A stretch of DNA of 64,000 nt. Source: Podarcis muralis (Eukaryota). The stretch covers positions 78,740,001 through 78,804,000 of the forward strand of contig NC_135657.1 of the NCBI RefSeq assembly GCF_964188315.1, given 5' to 3'. The first letter of the stretch is position 1. Each line of letters opens with the position of its first letter. A program made the position numbers and the translations under genes. A model generated the notes under the pieces. It saw only the letters and a list, made by a program, of their open reading frames with translations, had not been told where the DNA came from and did not search any database. This document shows, piece after piece, positions 53,390-64,000 of this stretch.

Positions 53390-53513
53390 GGGACGCGGGT
53401 GGCGCTGTGGTCTAAACAACTGAGCCTCTTGGGCTTGCTGATCAGAAGGTCGGCGGTTCGAATCCCCATGACGGGGTGAGTTCCTGTTGCTCTGTCCCAG
53501 CTCCTGCCAACCT
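53390..53513 (+). mobile_element. Sauria SINE 5' fragment
   Basis: Near-identical to 34934-35055; stops after ctgccaacct. Confidence 0.9.
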
Positions 53514-56199
53514 GCGTCAAACCCCTGAAAGTTATCAAAGCCATTGAAATTCTGTCTGTCTACAACTGTTTCCAGTAAAGATCCCAAGAACAGTATTGCT
53601 AATTCCTCAAAATTAGACTTTTGGACCAAACACTTGTAGGACGTGCATACATGTGTGCAGTGGTGCACTAGCAAATCTGGTAATAACACACTCCTTTGCT
53701 CTAAAATCAGATCTCTGCCTACCCTACCATTGGTCACAACGTATTGTCTCAGGGAATGGGATTGGGAGGCATAGTGCAATGAGCAATGAGTTCCTCCTGT
53801 CCTGCTAGAATGACTGTACCATGACAGCTGTGCAAGCCCTCAGGCTCACACTGCTGGGCTGCGAAACATGTATTTCAAACAAAAGAGAAAGCAAGAAGTG
53901 CAAGATGCCTGGCAGGCACTCCATAGCTGTCAAGAATCCAGAGAGATTGGATAGCAACTGGGGCACCATATGAAGCAGCAGCCAACCATAGAGTATAAAG
54001 GCCTCTCCCAATTATAACCTGGCTAAGTCTTTGCCACAGGCTTGGCAAAGCTTTGGAAGACTTTGAGGAACCTGAGGTAAATAGCTGTTGCTAGCAGGGT
54101 GAAACATCAGCATCTGGCAGCAAAATAGCTTGGGCCAGTCCTGAATGTATTCCTAAGGAATGGAGACATGTGGATTGAAATATAGGTAGGGGTGTGTGTG
54201 TGTCACATTGTGCTGCCCTCTCAGTATTCGTACGTGAGGCCTTTATTCCCACATAGCAGTCACATTTACTTTGGGCTGGCAACTAATACAGCTGAGCACA
54301 TTATGTTCAGATCATAGGCCTCAGCCGTAATTTCCAGAATAGACATGAACATGATTTACACTTAGTTCCTTGGACAGCTGAACTGTGTTTAGGGAAGCAA
54401 TGGTTGGGCCCGTTGCCAGTGCCAACTGTTTCAAGGTCAGGCAGCTATCTTCTAGTGTCAGCAAGGTCTGGAAAGTAGGTCACATTTCTGAAAGCAATAG
54501 TTCCATTGTTTACCTTCTTGAAGGCTGAGTTTTAGTACAAACACAATGTTTGCTCTTTCAGTAACCTCCTCTAGAGCATTTTATTTGTATAGCTTAATAT
54601 TAATAGTTAAAGTCCTTTTAAAATTATTATTAAACCCCCACAGAATGCTAATACTTATTTTAACTTTTCCTGTTGCTTTATAAGTCTGATGTTCAGGGAA
54701 TTTTCCCTTAAGGCTTCAGTTCAAATCATGTTTCTTCTTACATTATGGAGAGACAGTTGTCCCCCTCATTACTGACTTTTTGTTGCTATCTAAATACATT
54801 TCTTTACACAGGCATTTGGTGTTGAAGGCTGAAACCTGATACAGCGTTTTGAAATCTGCTGATGAATCATTTGACAATTGTTTCTTTCCTTCCTGTTTTT
54901 GATATATTATGTGTTTATGGATTGTGCTTTATTCATACACCAATGAGATGAAGCTTTGCAATTAATGTTGTGTGAGTATGTGAAATCTTTGCGCCACCTA
55001 CTGACTGAAGGCTGCATTTAAATCAAACATGAAGAATCAGAGTATTTTTGTTTTGTTTTGTGTGCACGTAGACTTGACTCCAAAACAATGTGAACCCTGA
55101 TCCAGCTAATGAACTATATTGGCAGTAGTTAAAATTAAACACACACTTACTGTTTTAAATTCCTATCCTGCCCTTCCTCCCAAAGGAGCCCAGGGTAGCA
55201 AACATAAAAAGTTAAAACTAAACAGTTATGAAGACACAGGAGACACCCGCTTTGGCCCCTTGGCCCTGAGATTATGCTTCATTTTTAGTGGTTCCATGAT
55301 TTTATAAAGCTTACTTATGATTGGAGGATGATGGCTAATTTGAAGTTGAAGTATCAGTGTGGAATAGGGACGTTGTGTCTGAATTTCCGTGGGGTTGTAT
55401 TTGTTTTTTTATGTATTCATAATGGATAATTGGTAGTTTTTTCAAAGTGGCATCGGTTTCAGCCCATGTGCCTTACAATGCCTGTTCTCTCCCGCAATAT
55501 AGCATTGAGTTTGGGTGGCTGCCATTCAGCTGGTGGAAGCCACCCCCACCCCCGCACTTAGGACTAACCCACATAGGAGTGGCATCACATCCTGACCATG
55601 GTGTGGTCACTGTTTACCTGAATGGTGCATAAGGCTGCATAAGCACATGGGTGAGAGTGCTGGATGGGCTCTACAGGTGCATCCCTGACCTCACCACCAC
55701 CTTGTCTCGCCACTGCACCGCCCAGGCAAGTGGCAGTAAATGCCAGTGCTTGGAAGATGGCTTTGAGGTACTGCCCCAGCACCTGCTCCTGAGCAGATCC
55801 CACCGACAGCACTTTGCTAAGCACATAAATGCAATTTGTCTCAAATTGTCTGAAAAGGAGGATGTGTCTTAGAAAAAGGGGACACATGGTAACCCTGTTT
55901 TTATTTATTTTTTTGGCCTGGCCGTTTCTTGGTCTTCAGAAGGGGTTTCCCCAATGCTTTTGATGGCTCAAAAGTAATTTGAATCTCTTGCAAAAGCCTA
56001 GACTGTTTCTCTGGCCTCCAGGCTTGCTAAAACAGTAAAAGTGAAAGCTGCACACAGGAGACAACGGTAAAGTCTACGATTGACTTTCAAACTCAGGTCT
56101 TCTTTGTGGGCTTTATTTATTGTTTTTTAAAACGCAACTTACATCTTAAACGTGTCCTGTTAACACAATTGCATTGCCACAAGAAGCAGTCTAATATTG

Positions 56200-57200
56200 G
56201 ATAGGGCGCCCCTTTTTGGTGCGAGGAGCGAGACGATGTTAAGCAAAGCTGGACGGGATCCAGTAGTTGCGTGCAAATTTAACTTAGTCTATTAAAATGA
56301 CATGGCGCGACGGGACCTCCCTTTTTCCGCCGCCTCCCCAATCCTCTCTGCGGGGTTTGGGTGAGCTACGTTAAATCCCACTCTATATGTATTTTACAGT
56401 ACAGTACAGTATAAACTTTATTAAATTAAAACCCCTTGCTTGCAGAAACCATATTTTACTTGAAAACGCACCGCATTACAGTAATAGAGTTAATAATGAC
56501 TCCCCGCTCCTTCAAGCCTGAGGTATTCCTCTACATGTTTCGTACTTCTATGGGAAGAAGGGCGGTGTCTCCGCTTTGACAACCGCGCTGCCACAGAGAG
56601 GACGGGACACCGCCTCCTTTCTTCCTAGAGTGGCCAGAGCAAGCGGCAAGTTCGATGGATCCCGGAAGCGGAACCGGCCGCTTCGGCCGCGGTGCATTGT
56701 GGTCTGGCGGCTTCCGTGCGAAGTGCCTGGGACTGCTGCCGCCGCCGCCGCTGCTACTGGCGCGGGAGGGGGAGCTGTCAGGGAGTCCTGCCTCCCGGAG
56801 AAGCGAGGCGGCTGCGTGAGCCTTCCGGCCTCGGGGCCGCCATGTCTTTCAACAAGATCCCGCCGCGGTGGCTGAGCTGCCCGAGGCGCGGGCAGCCCGT
56901 GGCAGGTGAGCGGTAAGCGGGGTGGCCGGTGAGGTGACGGCAGGGCGGGACAGGCGTCGCTTTCGCGCGCGGCAGCCGTGCCTCTCCCGGCCCCGGGACA
57001 CTTGCGCCTGTGCCTCCTGGCGCGCCGGTGCGATCGGTGGGTTGCAGGCGGGTAGAGGAGGACTTGTGCACCGCTTGGTGCCTTGTTATCCTTGCCATGA
57101 GAGACTCGGCCTTCGCGGAGACAGGTCCTCGGGTTTATTCACTCTCCTCCAGTCCAAAGAGATAATTGTCACAGTCTCTCCTGGACAGACGCAGGTGCGC
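56200..57200. promoter_or_regulatory. CpG-island promoter of RNGTT
   Basis: CpG-dense; tandem ETS/GABP-type CCGGAAGCGGAA near 56662. Confidence 0.8.
56842..56905 (+). CDS. RNGTT: RNGTT (mRNA capping enzyme) exon 1 coding part
   Basis: gccATG; [21 protein letters not shown](G); CAG|GTGAGC; 64 nt. Confidence 0.95.
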
Positions 57201-57502
57201 AGGTTACATGGGCTCCCCGTCCAGACACAGATCAGGTTCACGCAGCTTCCCCGTTTACGTAGGACTTGGGAGTCCCACAGGTGTATGAAAGCATTTACTC
57301 ATCGTTCTGGATATGGCAGTGCTGCCAGGGTTTCAATTTGGTTTGTTTTGGTTAGTTTTAAACCGAAACGAAACCTTGCAAACTCCGCTACAGTTCTCGT
57401 GAAAGCATTTTAACAAAGATTCAGGCCGACGGTCGCACATGTTTATATGACTCCATAGGTGTGCTGTAAGACGTAAGATTTTTTTATTTTGTCGCCACAC
57501 AG

Positions 57503-57612
57503 GGAAGTTTTTGCCCCTGAAGACAATGTTGGGACCAAAATATGATGATCAAGTTGCTGAAGAGTATCGTTTCCACCCCAGTATGTTATCAAACTACTTG
57601 AAAAGTCTTAAG
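57503..57612 (+). CDS. RNGTT: RNGTT exon 2
   Basis: (G)[36 protein letters not shown]; cag/GTAAAC; 110 nt. Confidence 0.95.
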
Positions 57613-57903
57613 GTAAACAATAAAACCAAAGAAGTGTTTCTTTCACTGCATAAACATTTGATTCCCCCTCCCCTTTGATAAGTATAATAATAGAAGATTG
57701 TACATAATGGCTGTTTGGGGACAGTGGTAGTGGGAAATCACAATTGCGGAGGGAAGATGTACAGATAGAAATAAGCCACTTTCTCTACAGAATCACTATC
57801 CTTTTGCACTGGTGAAACATTATACGTTAACTGTATAAACTCTGTAAGCATATGTGCAACAGCACATCAGATGAAAAGTGCCCAGCGTGCTTCCATAGCA
57901 TAT

Positions 57904-57961
57904 GTTGTTGTTGTTTAGTCGTGTCCGACTCTTTGTGACCCCGTGGACCAGAGCACGCCAG
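57904..57961 (-). mobile_element. RTE-BovB 3' tail fragment
   Basis: gttgttgttgtttagtcgtgtccgactctttgtgacc..; flanked by GCATAT duplication. Confidence 0.85.
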
Positions 57962-58087
57962 GCATATATGTAGCCTCAAATTCACATTTAGATTTGGCTA
58001 TGCAATTGTTTCTTGGTACTCTCCTTTTTATTATTATTGTTGCCTGGTAGCCTGGGGCTATAAATCCACTTTACTACTGTCTACACA

Positions 58088-58795
58088 GTGGCCACTGTGA
58101 TCCATGCGACGGTCACCTCCAGGCTTGACTACTATAATTCGCTCTACGCGGGGCTGCCCTTGAAGCTGTCCCAGAAACTCCAGCGGGTGCAGATTGCTGC
58201 AGCGAGGCTCCTCACGGAGTCTCTGCCATGGGAGCATATTCACCCAGTGCTTTTCAAGCTGCACTGGCTCCCGGTGGAGTATAGGGTCAGATTTAAGGTG
58301 CTGCTTTTGACCTTTAAAGCCCTTCACGGCCTAGGACCCTCGTACCTACGGGACCACTTCTCCCGGTATGCCCCACAGAGAGCCTCAAGGTCCATAAATA
58401 GCAACACCCTAGTGGTCCCGGGCCCTAAGGAAGCCAGAGCCAGGGCCTTTTCAACTCTGGCCCCGGCCTGGTGGAACACTCTGCCTCATGAGACCAGGGC
58501 CCTGCAGGATCTGATTTCTTTCCACAGGGCCTGTAAGACAGAGTTGTTCTGCCTGGCCTTTGGCTTGGAGCCAATTTGATTCCCTCCCTCCCTCTCTTTC
58601 TTTTTTCTTTTCCTTCTCCTGCGATGAGGCTACATTTTAATATTTTAATGTTTCATTATTTTAATATTGTATTTTAATTTCGTTTTTAAGTTGTAATCAT
58701 TCAGCTTGTTTTTATTATTGCTTGTAAGCTACCCTGAGCCCGACCTTGGCTGGGGAGGGCGGGGTATAAATAAAAATTATTATTATTATTATTAC
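58088..58795 (+). mobile_element. 5'-truncated L2 LINE
   Basis: ORF with IHATVTSRLDYYNSLYAGLP, LQRVQIAAARLL, LHWLPVEYRVRFKVL; 3'UTR and (TTA)n tail. Confidence 0.92.
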
Positions 58796-59177
58796 ACTCA
58801 AAGTAGATGTCTACATTTTTTAACCAAAAGAATTGCTAGTTTGAGAGGAGTGAGGCAAGGTATGTTAGATGTGCAGAGGATATGCATGCTGAAGATAACA
58901 AACAGAAGGTAAATATACTAACTTTTGATGCAAAAGTAAAAAAATAGCAATATGCGCACAAATTTAGGAGACTGTTTTTGGGATGAGCTTCTCTATCACA
59001 CAATTTGCTGTGGTGGTGGAGACTGCTAAAAGCACTTTTATCAACAGCAGCATTAAGGAGTTGGAGAAGGGTTGAGACAGTGTGGAGTGGTTGATAAGTT
59101 CTTTTTTGGCGGGGGGGGGGGCAGTTAGTGCTGGGAAGAACTGTGTGTGCCTTAAACACTGGCTTTGTTATTTCCAG

Positions 59178-59281
59178 GTTAAGATGGGTCTGCTGATAGA
59201 CTTGACAAACACTACTAGGTTCTATGACAGGAGTGATATAGAGAAGGATGGGATCACATATATCAAACTTCAGTGTAAAGG
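59178..59281 (+). CDS. RNGTT: RNGTT exon 3
   Basis: [34 protein letters not shown](G); cag/GTAAGC; 104 nt. Confidence 0.95.
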
Positions 59282-59360
59282 GTAAGCTGATTGAATTCAC
59301 GAGTATTTGCTTTTACACAAGAGGAGCGTTTCTATAACTTTGACTGTTTTGTTTTGCCAG

Positions 59361-59449
59361 GCATGGTGAATGCCCCACAGCTGATAACACAGAAACATTC
59401 ATTCGTATATGTGAACATTTTAGTAATAAGAACCCAACAGAACTTATAG
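59361..59449 (+). CDS. RNGTT: RNGTT exon 4; the catalytic HCxxGxxR exon and the rest lie beyond the window
   Basis: (G)[29 protein letters not shown](G); cag/GTACGT; 89 nt. Confidence 0.95.
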
Positions 59450-59725
59450 GTACGTGTTTAATATTTCTGTTTTTGCCATTCTTCTGCCTTGTTTATCTCT
59501 CTCTTCACACAACACCCTTCCAATCCTTTCCCCACCATATACCAGTTATATTTGGGAGTGAGCATTTCCCGTAGTAGTAGTGTGGTCAGTAGTACTTATG
59601 TGGGGGAGTTATTTAGTACACCTATGTTATGTTCCAGGTAAAAGAACCATCTTCCTTTAAAGGCAGTAAATTAATTTGGCCAGCATCACACAACTGGGAC
59701 AGAATAAAATAGGTGTTAGTCAATT

Positions 59726-59812
59726 AAGTTTTACTCAGAGTAAACCCATTGAAATTAATGGGCCTAACAATCATTCTCATTAATTTCAGTGGGTTTGCCC
59801 TGAGTAAAACTT
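59726..59812. repeat. Palindromic short interspersed repeat (35-bp arms)
   Basis: AAGTTTTACTCAGAGTAAACCCATTGAAATTAATG vs CATTAATTTCAGTGGGTTTGCCCTGAGTAAAACTT, 32/35 complementary; decayed relatives near 5070-5120 and 61700-61730. Confidence 0.85.
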
Positions 59813-59993
59813 GGGTGAATCCCACAATTTGAGAAAAATATAGTTGTTATTACTGGTAATGTATGTATAGGCCTGAATGTATAGTTGGGTATATCTAGTC
59901 TTGAAATTTACCTAATGAATTTCTACAGTGTAGTATTAGCCCTCTTGGCTACATTACTTGGTAGTAACTATAAATCATAGGCATTGTATAAAG

Positions 59994-61244
59994 CAGTGGT
60001 TCCTAATTGGTGGTTGTCTGTGGAACCCACCCAGGGGGTTCATGGCACCATTCACATAATAAAAAACGACCATAGTGATATCAACATTTTCAAAAGTAGG
60101 GGATCTATGGCTTGGTGTTGCGACTTGCGGAGCCGGAGAGCTCACAGGCATTCAGATTTTGCAGAAGAACCAAGGAAGAAGCCTAAAATGCCAGAGTGCT
60201 CAGTTCTAGTGTTTTATTAAAGAGAAAGGAATAGACTTAGCAACAGCAACCTGCCACTTCCCCTTGCCCCAGCTCAAAGTCTTCTGTGGGACTCCACAGC
60301 AAGGAGATGGCGTGTCCGATGTTGGACTGTCCACACCCAAGCAAACGTGCATACATTCTTTATACAACAGAGCAGCATACATCACATGGAAACAGGTGGC
60401 TGATACCCCAAACATTACAGATGTTTTCTCTTTCTGGGCTCTGGGCCCAACTTCCCAAGCCCACAAATAAGAGTACCATAGATTCCGGCGTATTAGGCGA
60501 CTGGGCGTATTAGACGACCCCCAACTTTTCCTATTAAAATATAGAGTTTGGGATATACCCGCCGTATAAGACTACCCCCGCCTGTAGCCAACTAGCAGCA
60601 GCCCAAGGCAAGGTGAGCGAGCGAGCCCCGATCCGCCATCCAGCAAAGCGGCAGGCTGCGCTTACTGGCTGGTAGTTCTGGCAGTTCTGGGGATGCCCAG
60701 CTCCTTGGAGCCCCGGCCAAAGCCATGTACCACCTCGCCGCAGGAAGGGGAGGCTGCAGTTGCTGCTGCTTCGGGATAGCTGCCTGCTGTTTGGCGGTCC
60801 CCATGGTGGGCGGGCGAGCGAGCGAGTGGGCAAGGGCTTGAGGGTGAGTGGGAAGAGTCACCGCACGGGTTAACTCTCTCCAGCCCGCAGCTGCTGCCTG
60901 GCTGCCTCCCGCGCAGACGTCGCTGCTCGGGTTAACTCTCCAGCTCACAGCCGCTGCCTCTTGCGCAGCCGTCACCACCTGCCACAACCATACCCGGCGT
61001 ATAAGGCAACCCCCAACTTTGGAGAAGATTTTCTGGGGTTCAAAAGTCGCCTTATATGCCGGAATCTACGGTACTATATCCAGGCAGACCAATTAATGAG
61101 CTGTGTATGAGCTCAGTGCTACAGCTACTAGCAATCAAGGATGGGGTCACCTTGACTATCAATATGGCATAAGCAGGGCTTTCGGAGCACTTCACCTTTG
61201 GTTCAGCACCAAGTCCGCAGTACTTAGCTAGTTGGGAACCACTG
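59994..61244. mobile_element. Non-autonomous hAT element (same family as 22832-23134, opposite orientation)
   Basis: TIRs CAGTGGTTCCTAATT / AGTTGGGAACCACTG; 8-bp TSD GTATAAAG / GCATAAAG (7/8). Confidence 0.85.
60476..61071. mobile_element. pogo/Tigger-like MITE, 596 bp, nested in the hAT element
   Basis: TA-flanked; ~27-bp TIRs CCATAGATTCCGGCGTATTAGGCGACT / AGTCGCCTTATATGCCGGAATCTACGG; repeated subterminal CGTATWAGRCGAC-like boxes. Confidence 0.9.
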
Positions 61245-61749
61245 GCATAAAGCATAGGCTCATTTTTTAACCCCCACCCCAATTGCCAGTTTCAGAGGCA
61301 TGAGTAAAATTAATGAAATACATTATTTGTTACATAGTATTTCAAGTTCTCCACAGGAAAATGTAAGTGTATACAGTCTCAGTGGGTAGGGGCGTAAATT
61401 GTAGGAGGGCACATTTCAACTGAGCATTAGGAGAAACATATCGACAACAAAATCAGTCCAGCAGTGAAACCAATTTCCTAGAGGTAGGAGCTTTAAAGGG
61501 AGGCTGAACAGTCATCTGTTGCAGATGCTCTAGTTCTGGCTTTTCTGTACTGAGCAGGAGGTTGGATTAGACAGCTTACAAGTGCCCATCCACTTCTGTA
61601 AGTCTTTCCACTTGAGACATCAGCACTGAATTGATCAGAAGTGGAAAGAGAATGTCCCTATCTGCTCTCTGTTGTGGCGCCTGTGGGTGGTATTCGGCTA
61701 AGTTTTACTCAGAGTAGACCTATTGAAAATGCAGTCTCAGACAGTGGAG

Positions 61750-62210
61750 GTAGAACAGAACACTTGTGGCTAGTAGCCTTATCCTTAAACACCTTTTAAA
61801 GGCATCCAAATTGGTGGCTGTCACTGTTCCTTGAGGGAGTAAATTCCATAATTTAACTATGCTTTGTTTGAAGAAGTACTTTCTTTTGTCTGTCCTGAAA
61901 CATTAAGCATTTGGCTTCATTGAATGTTCCTGTGTTCTTAATCTTATGCGAGAGGGAGAACAATTTTCTCTGCCCACTTTCCCCCACCCCATGCATGCTT
62001 TTCTACATCTCTGCCATGTCTCCTCTTACTTGCCTTTCCTTGAACTAAAAAGCCCCACCTGATGTAATCTTTCCTCACCCCCTTGATCATTTTGCTGCCT
62101 TTCCAGCTCCACAATATGCTTTTTGTAGGTGAGGTGATTACAACTGTACGCAGTAATCCAAGTGTGGCTGCACCGTAGATTTGTATAATGGCATTATGAA
62201 ATTAGCACCA
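61750..62210 (-). mobile_element. Decayed CR1 fragment
   Basis: gaagaagtactttcttttgtctgtcctg and aactgtacgcagtaatccaagtgtgg..gatttgtataatggcattatga are reverse-strand CR1 ORF2 3' sequences. Confidence 0.7.
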
Positions 62211-64000
62211 AGGACCTTTGTGTTAAGGCACTGTAGAACTGCTGATTGTCAGATAAGTTGGTACTGAGCAAGTGGACAGATAATTCTGACCTGGTACAAG
62301 GCAGCCTTCTTGTGTTTAAATGATTAGTGGTTTCTTAATGATATAAAATGGGGAGAGGGCATGTGTGTAGCCTCTGTGGCATAGTTCTGTTTTAAACACA
62401 GAACTGGGGTATAGTGTATGTACATTTTCCTCTGTTAGAAGGAGAAGTTTGATACCCAAATGCCTGTTCGAGGTAGTTGTTACTCTCCCCAGATGAGCAG
62501 ACAAGTGATACTTTGCATAGTTCTCTTACAGAGGTTAAGTTGGGGTTGATAGGAACATCATTTCTTGGGGGAAGAAAAGCAGTTTTCTTAGAAGCTTTCT
62601 GTGTGTTCAGGAGGGTGTGTTTGTTTGTTTTATTGGTGTATGTGTGAACAGTGCACATGTGTTAAATTTATACAGAACAAATCAGCTTGCCTTGCAATAA
62701 GGTAGGTTTTTAAAAAAGGGTTATTTGATTTTTATGAGCAGTTAAAGCGCTATTGTTTGGATCATAAAGGGCTCTTTACAGAGGGAACTGGGATTGAGCA
62801 GAGGCTTGTCTGGAGTACAGAAGTGAAGAGGCCTTTTTTTTACCCATCTTCCTTTCCCCCTCCTACCACCTCTCATGCCTCTTCGGAGGGTTCCTTCATC
62901 CTTTGGATCAGATTTTCAAGGGGATGAAGGAGGTAAGGGGAGATCAGCAAAATATGCTACCTCACTTCCAGAGGAAGGAGAGTCCTTTGAGCCTTTATCT
63001 TTTGACCTTGGATAACATGTTCACAGCAATTGTAAATTGTGGTATAGAATCATGTTGTGATGAATGGTACACAGCTTTTCTCTTTGTGAATACCTTTAGC
63101 ATTTAAAAAAAGGTTTCTGTTAGTATATAACAAAACACAAAAAACAATTTCAGAAATATACAGCAAGCATGTTTTTAAAATTACCCATAGAGCAAAGTAC
63201 TTTAGTCGGCTCATATCTATTATGCATTCATGTGTATGGTTGGGATATTGCACTGTTATTTCTGCAGCACACAGTGGCTAAAACTGCACATTCAGTTATA
63301 GTGCAGAAAGGACTTGCCACTGGATAAGCAATTTGCAGTGAAACTGGGTATTGTTACCTGGTTCTAAAACAGTTCATAACAGATACTTGTTTTAAATGTA
63401 ATTTTCAGTGATGGGCTGTAAACTTTTGATGTTAGGATACAGCGGACATATAGTGCTTCACATTGTTTATTTTATACTGCATAAATCAAGACATTTTTGA
63501 GATGGTTCACAAATGCAAGTTTCATCTTGCATTAATATTTTTACCTCTTTTTCTTGAATATTAGCATATTAAAAACTTCACATCTGGTAGGTTTTCTGCA
63601 AACATTGCTAAGGGAAAATAGGTGATACTTCTGCAGGTAGAGTCAAATATAATTGAGAAGTGCTGGAGAATTGTAAATAACATCATGACACTATTCCATT
63701 TGTTCTATGCATTGGACCTTATTTTATTATACCCCGCCTTTTCCCCTGATGGACCAAAGGACCAACAGTGAAATAATTAAGTCTCTAAAAATGTTTTCAG
63801 CAGATGACCAAACATCACTGTAGGTGCCTGTCTAATTGAAATAGGAACATTGTTAAAAAGTACTTGCTGAAACCATAGACTCTAGTTCTTTCCTTCTGAG
63901 GTGAATTTACTAAACTAGTTGAGTTTTTGCTTGCCTTTATAGAGAGACTTAGTGGAAGTGGGGGAATCTGAAGAGCTGGATTAATGTATTTACAATAAAG

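Noticed and set aside
53809-54076. Exon-like plus-strand segment (ctgctag ... GAG|GTAAAT)
   Set aside because: No recognisable protein or partner exons, and stops were found in the frames I translated; splice-like motifs alone are insufficient
59450-64000. RNGTT exon 5 (VHCTHGFNRTG)
   Set aside because: Not found in any frame I examined; intron 4 extends past the window end

Overview
Vertebrate genomic DNA. The Sauria SINE, RTE-BovB, CR1, L2 and Tigger/hAT MITE content points to a squamate, most likely a lacertid lizard. The window holds the conserved block PM20D2(-, exons 1-6 of 7) - SRSF12(+, complete, 5 coding exons, 256 aa) - PNRC1(-, complete, 2 coding exons, 286 aa) - RNGTT(+, exons 1-4). 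An intronless, compact BORCS6-like gene (165 aa) lies head-to-head with PNRC1, where human 6q15 has no such gene as far as I recall. All exon phases were checked by hand and close. The most unusual signals are: (1) a U12-type SRSF12 intron that appears to have AT-AT termini, with a candidate poison or terminal exon inside it; (2) a structured SRSF12 3'UTR; (3) a minimal uORF in PNRC1; (4) a young CR1 inserted into an old CR1 at almost the homologous codon; (5) a templated local duplication that splits a SINE and carries a BovB-derived minisatellite; (6) several nested DNA transposons. I found no prokaryote-type systems, CRISPR arrays or genuine tRNA/rRNA genes. Gene names come from recalled protein sequences, not from a database search.
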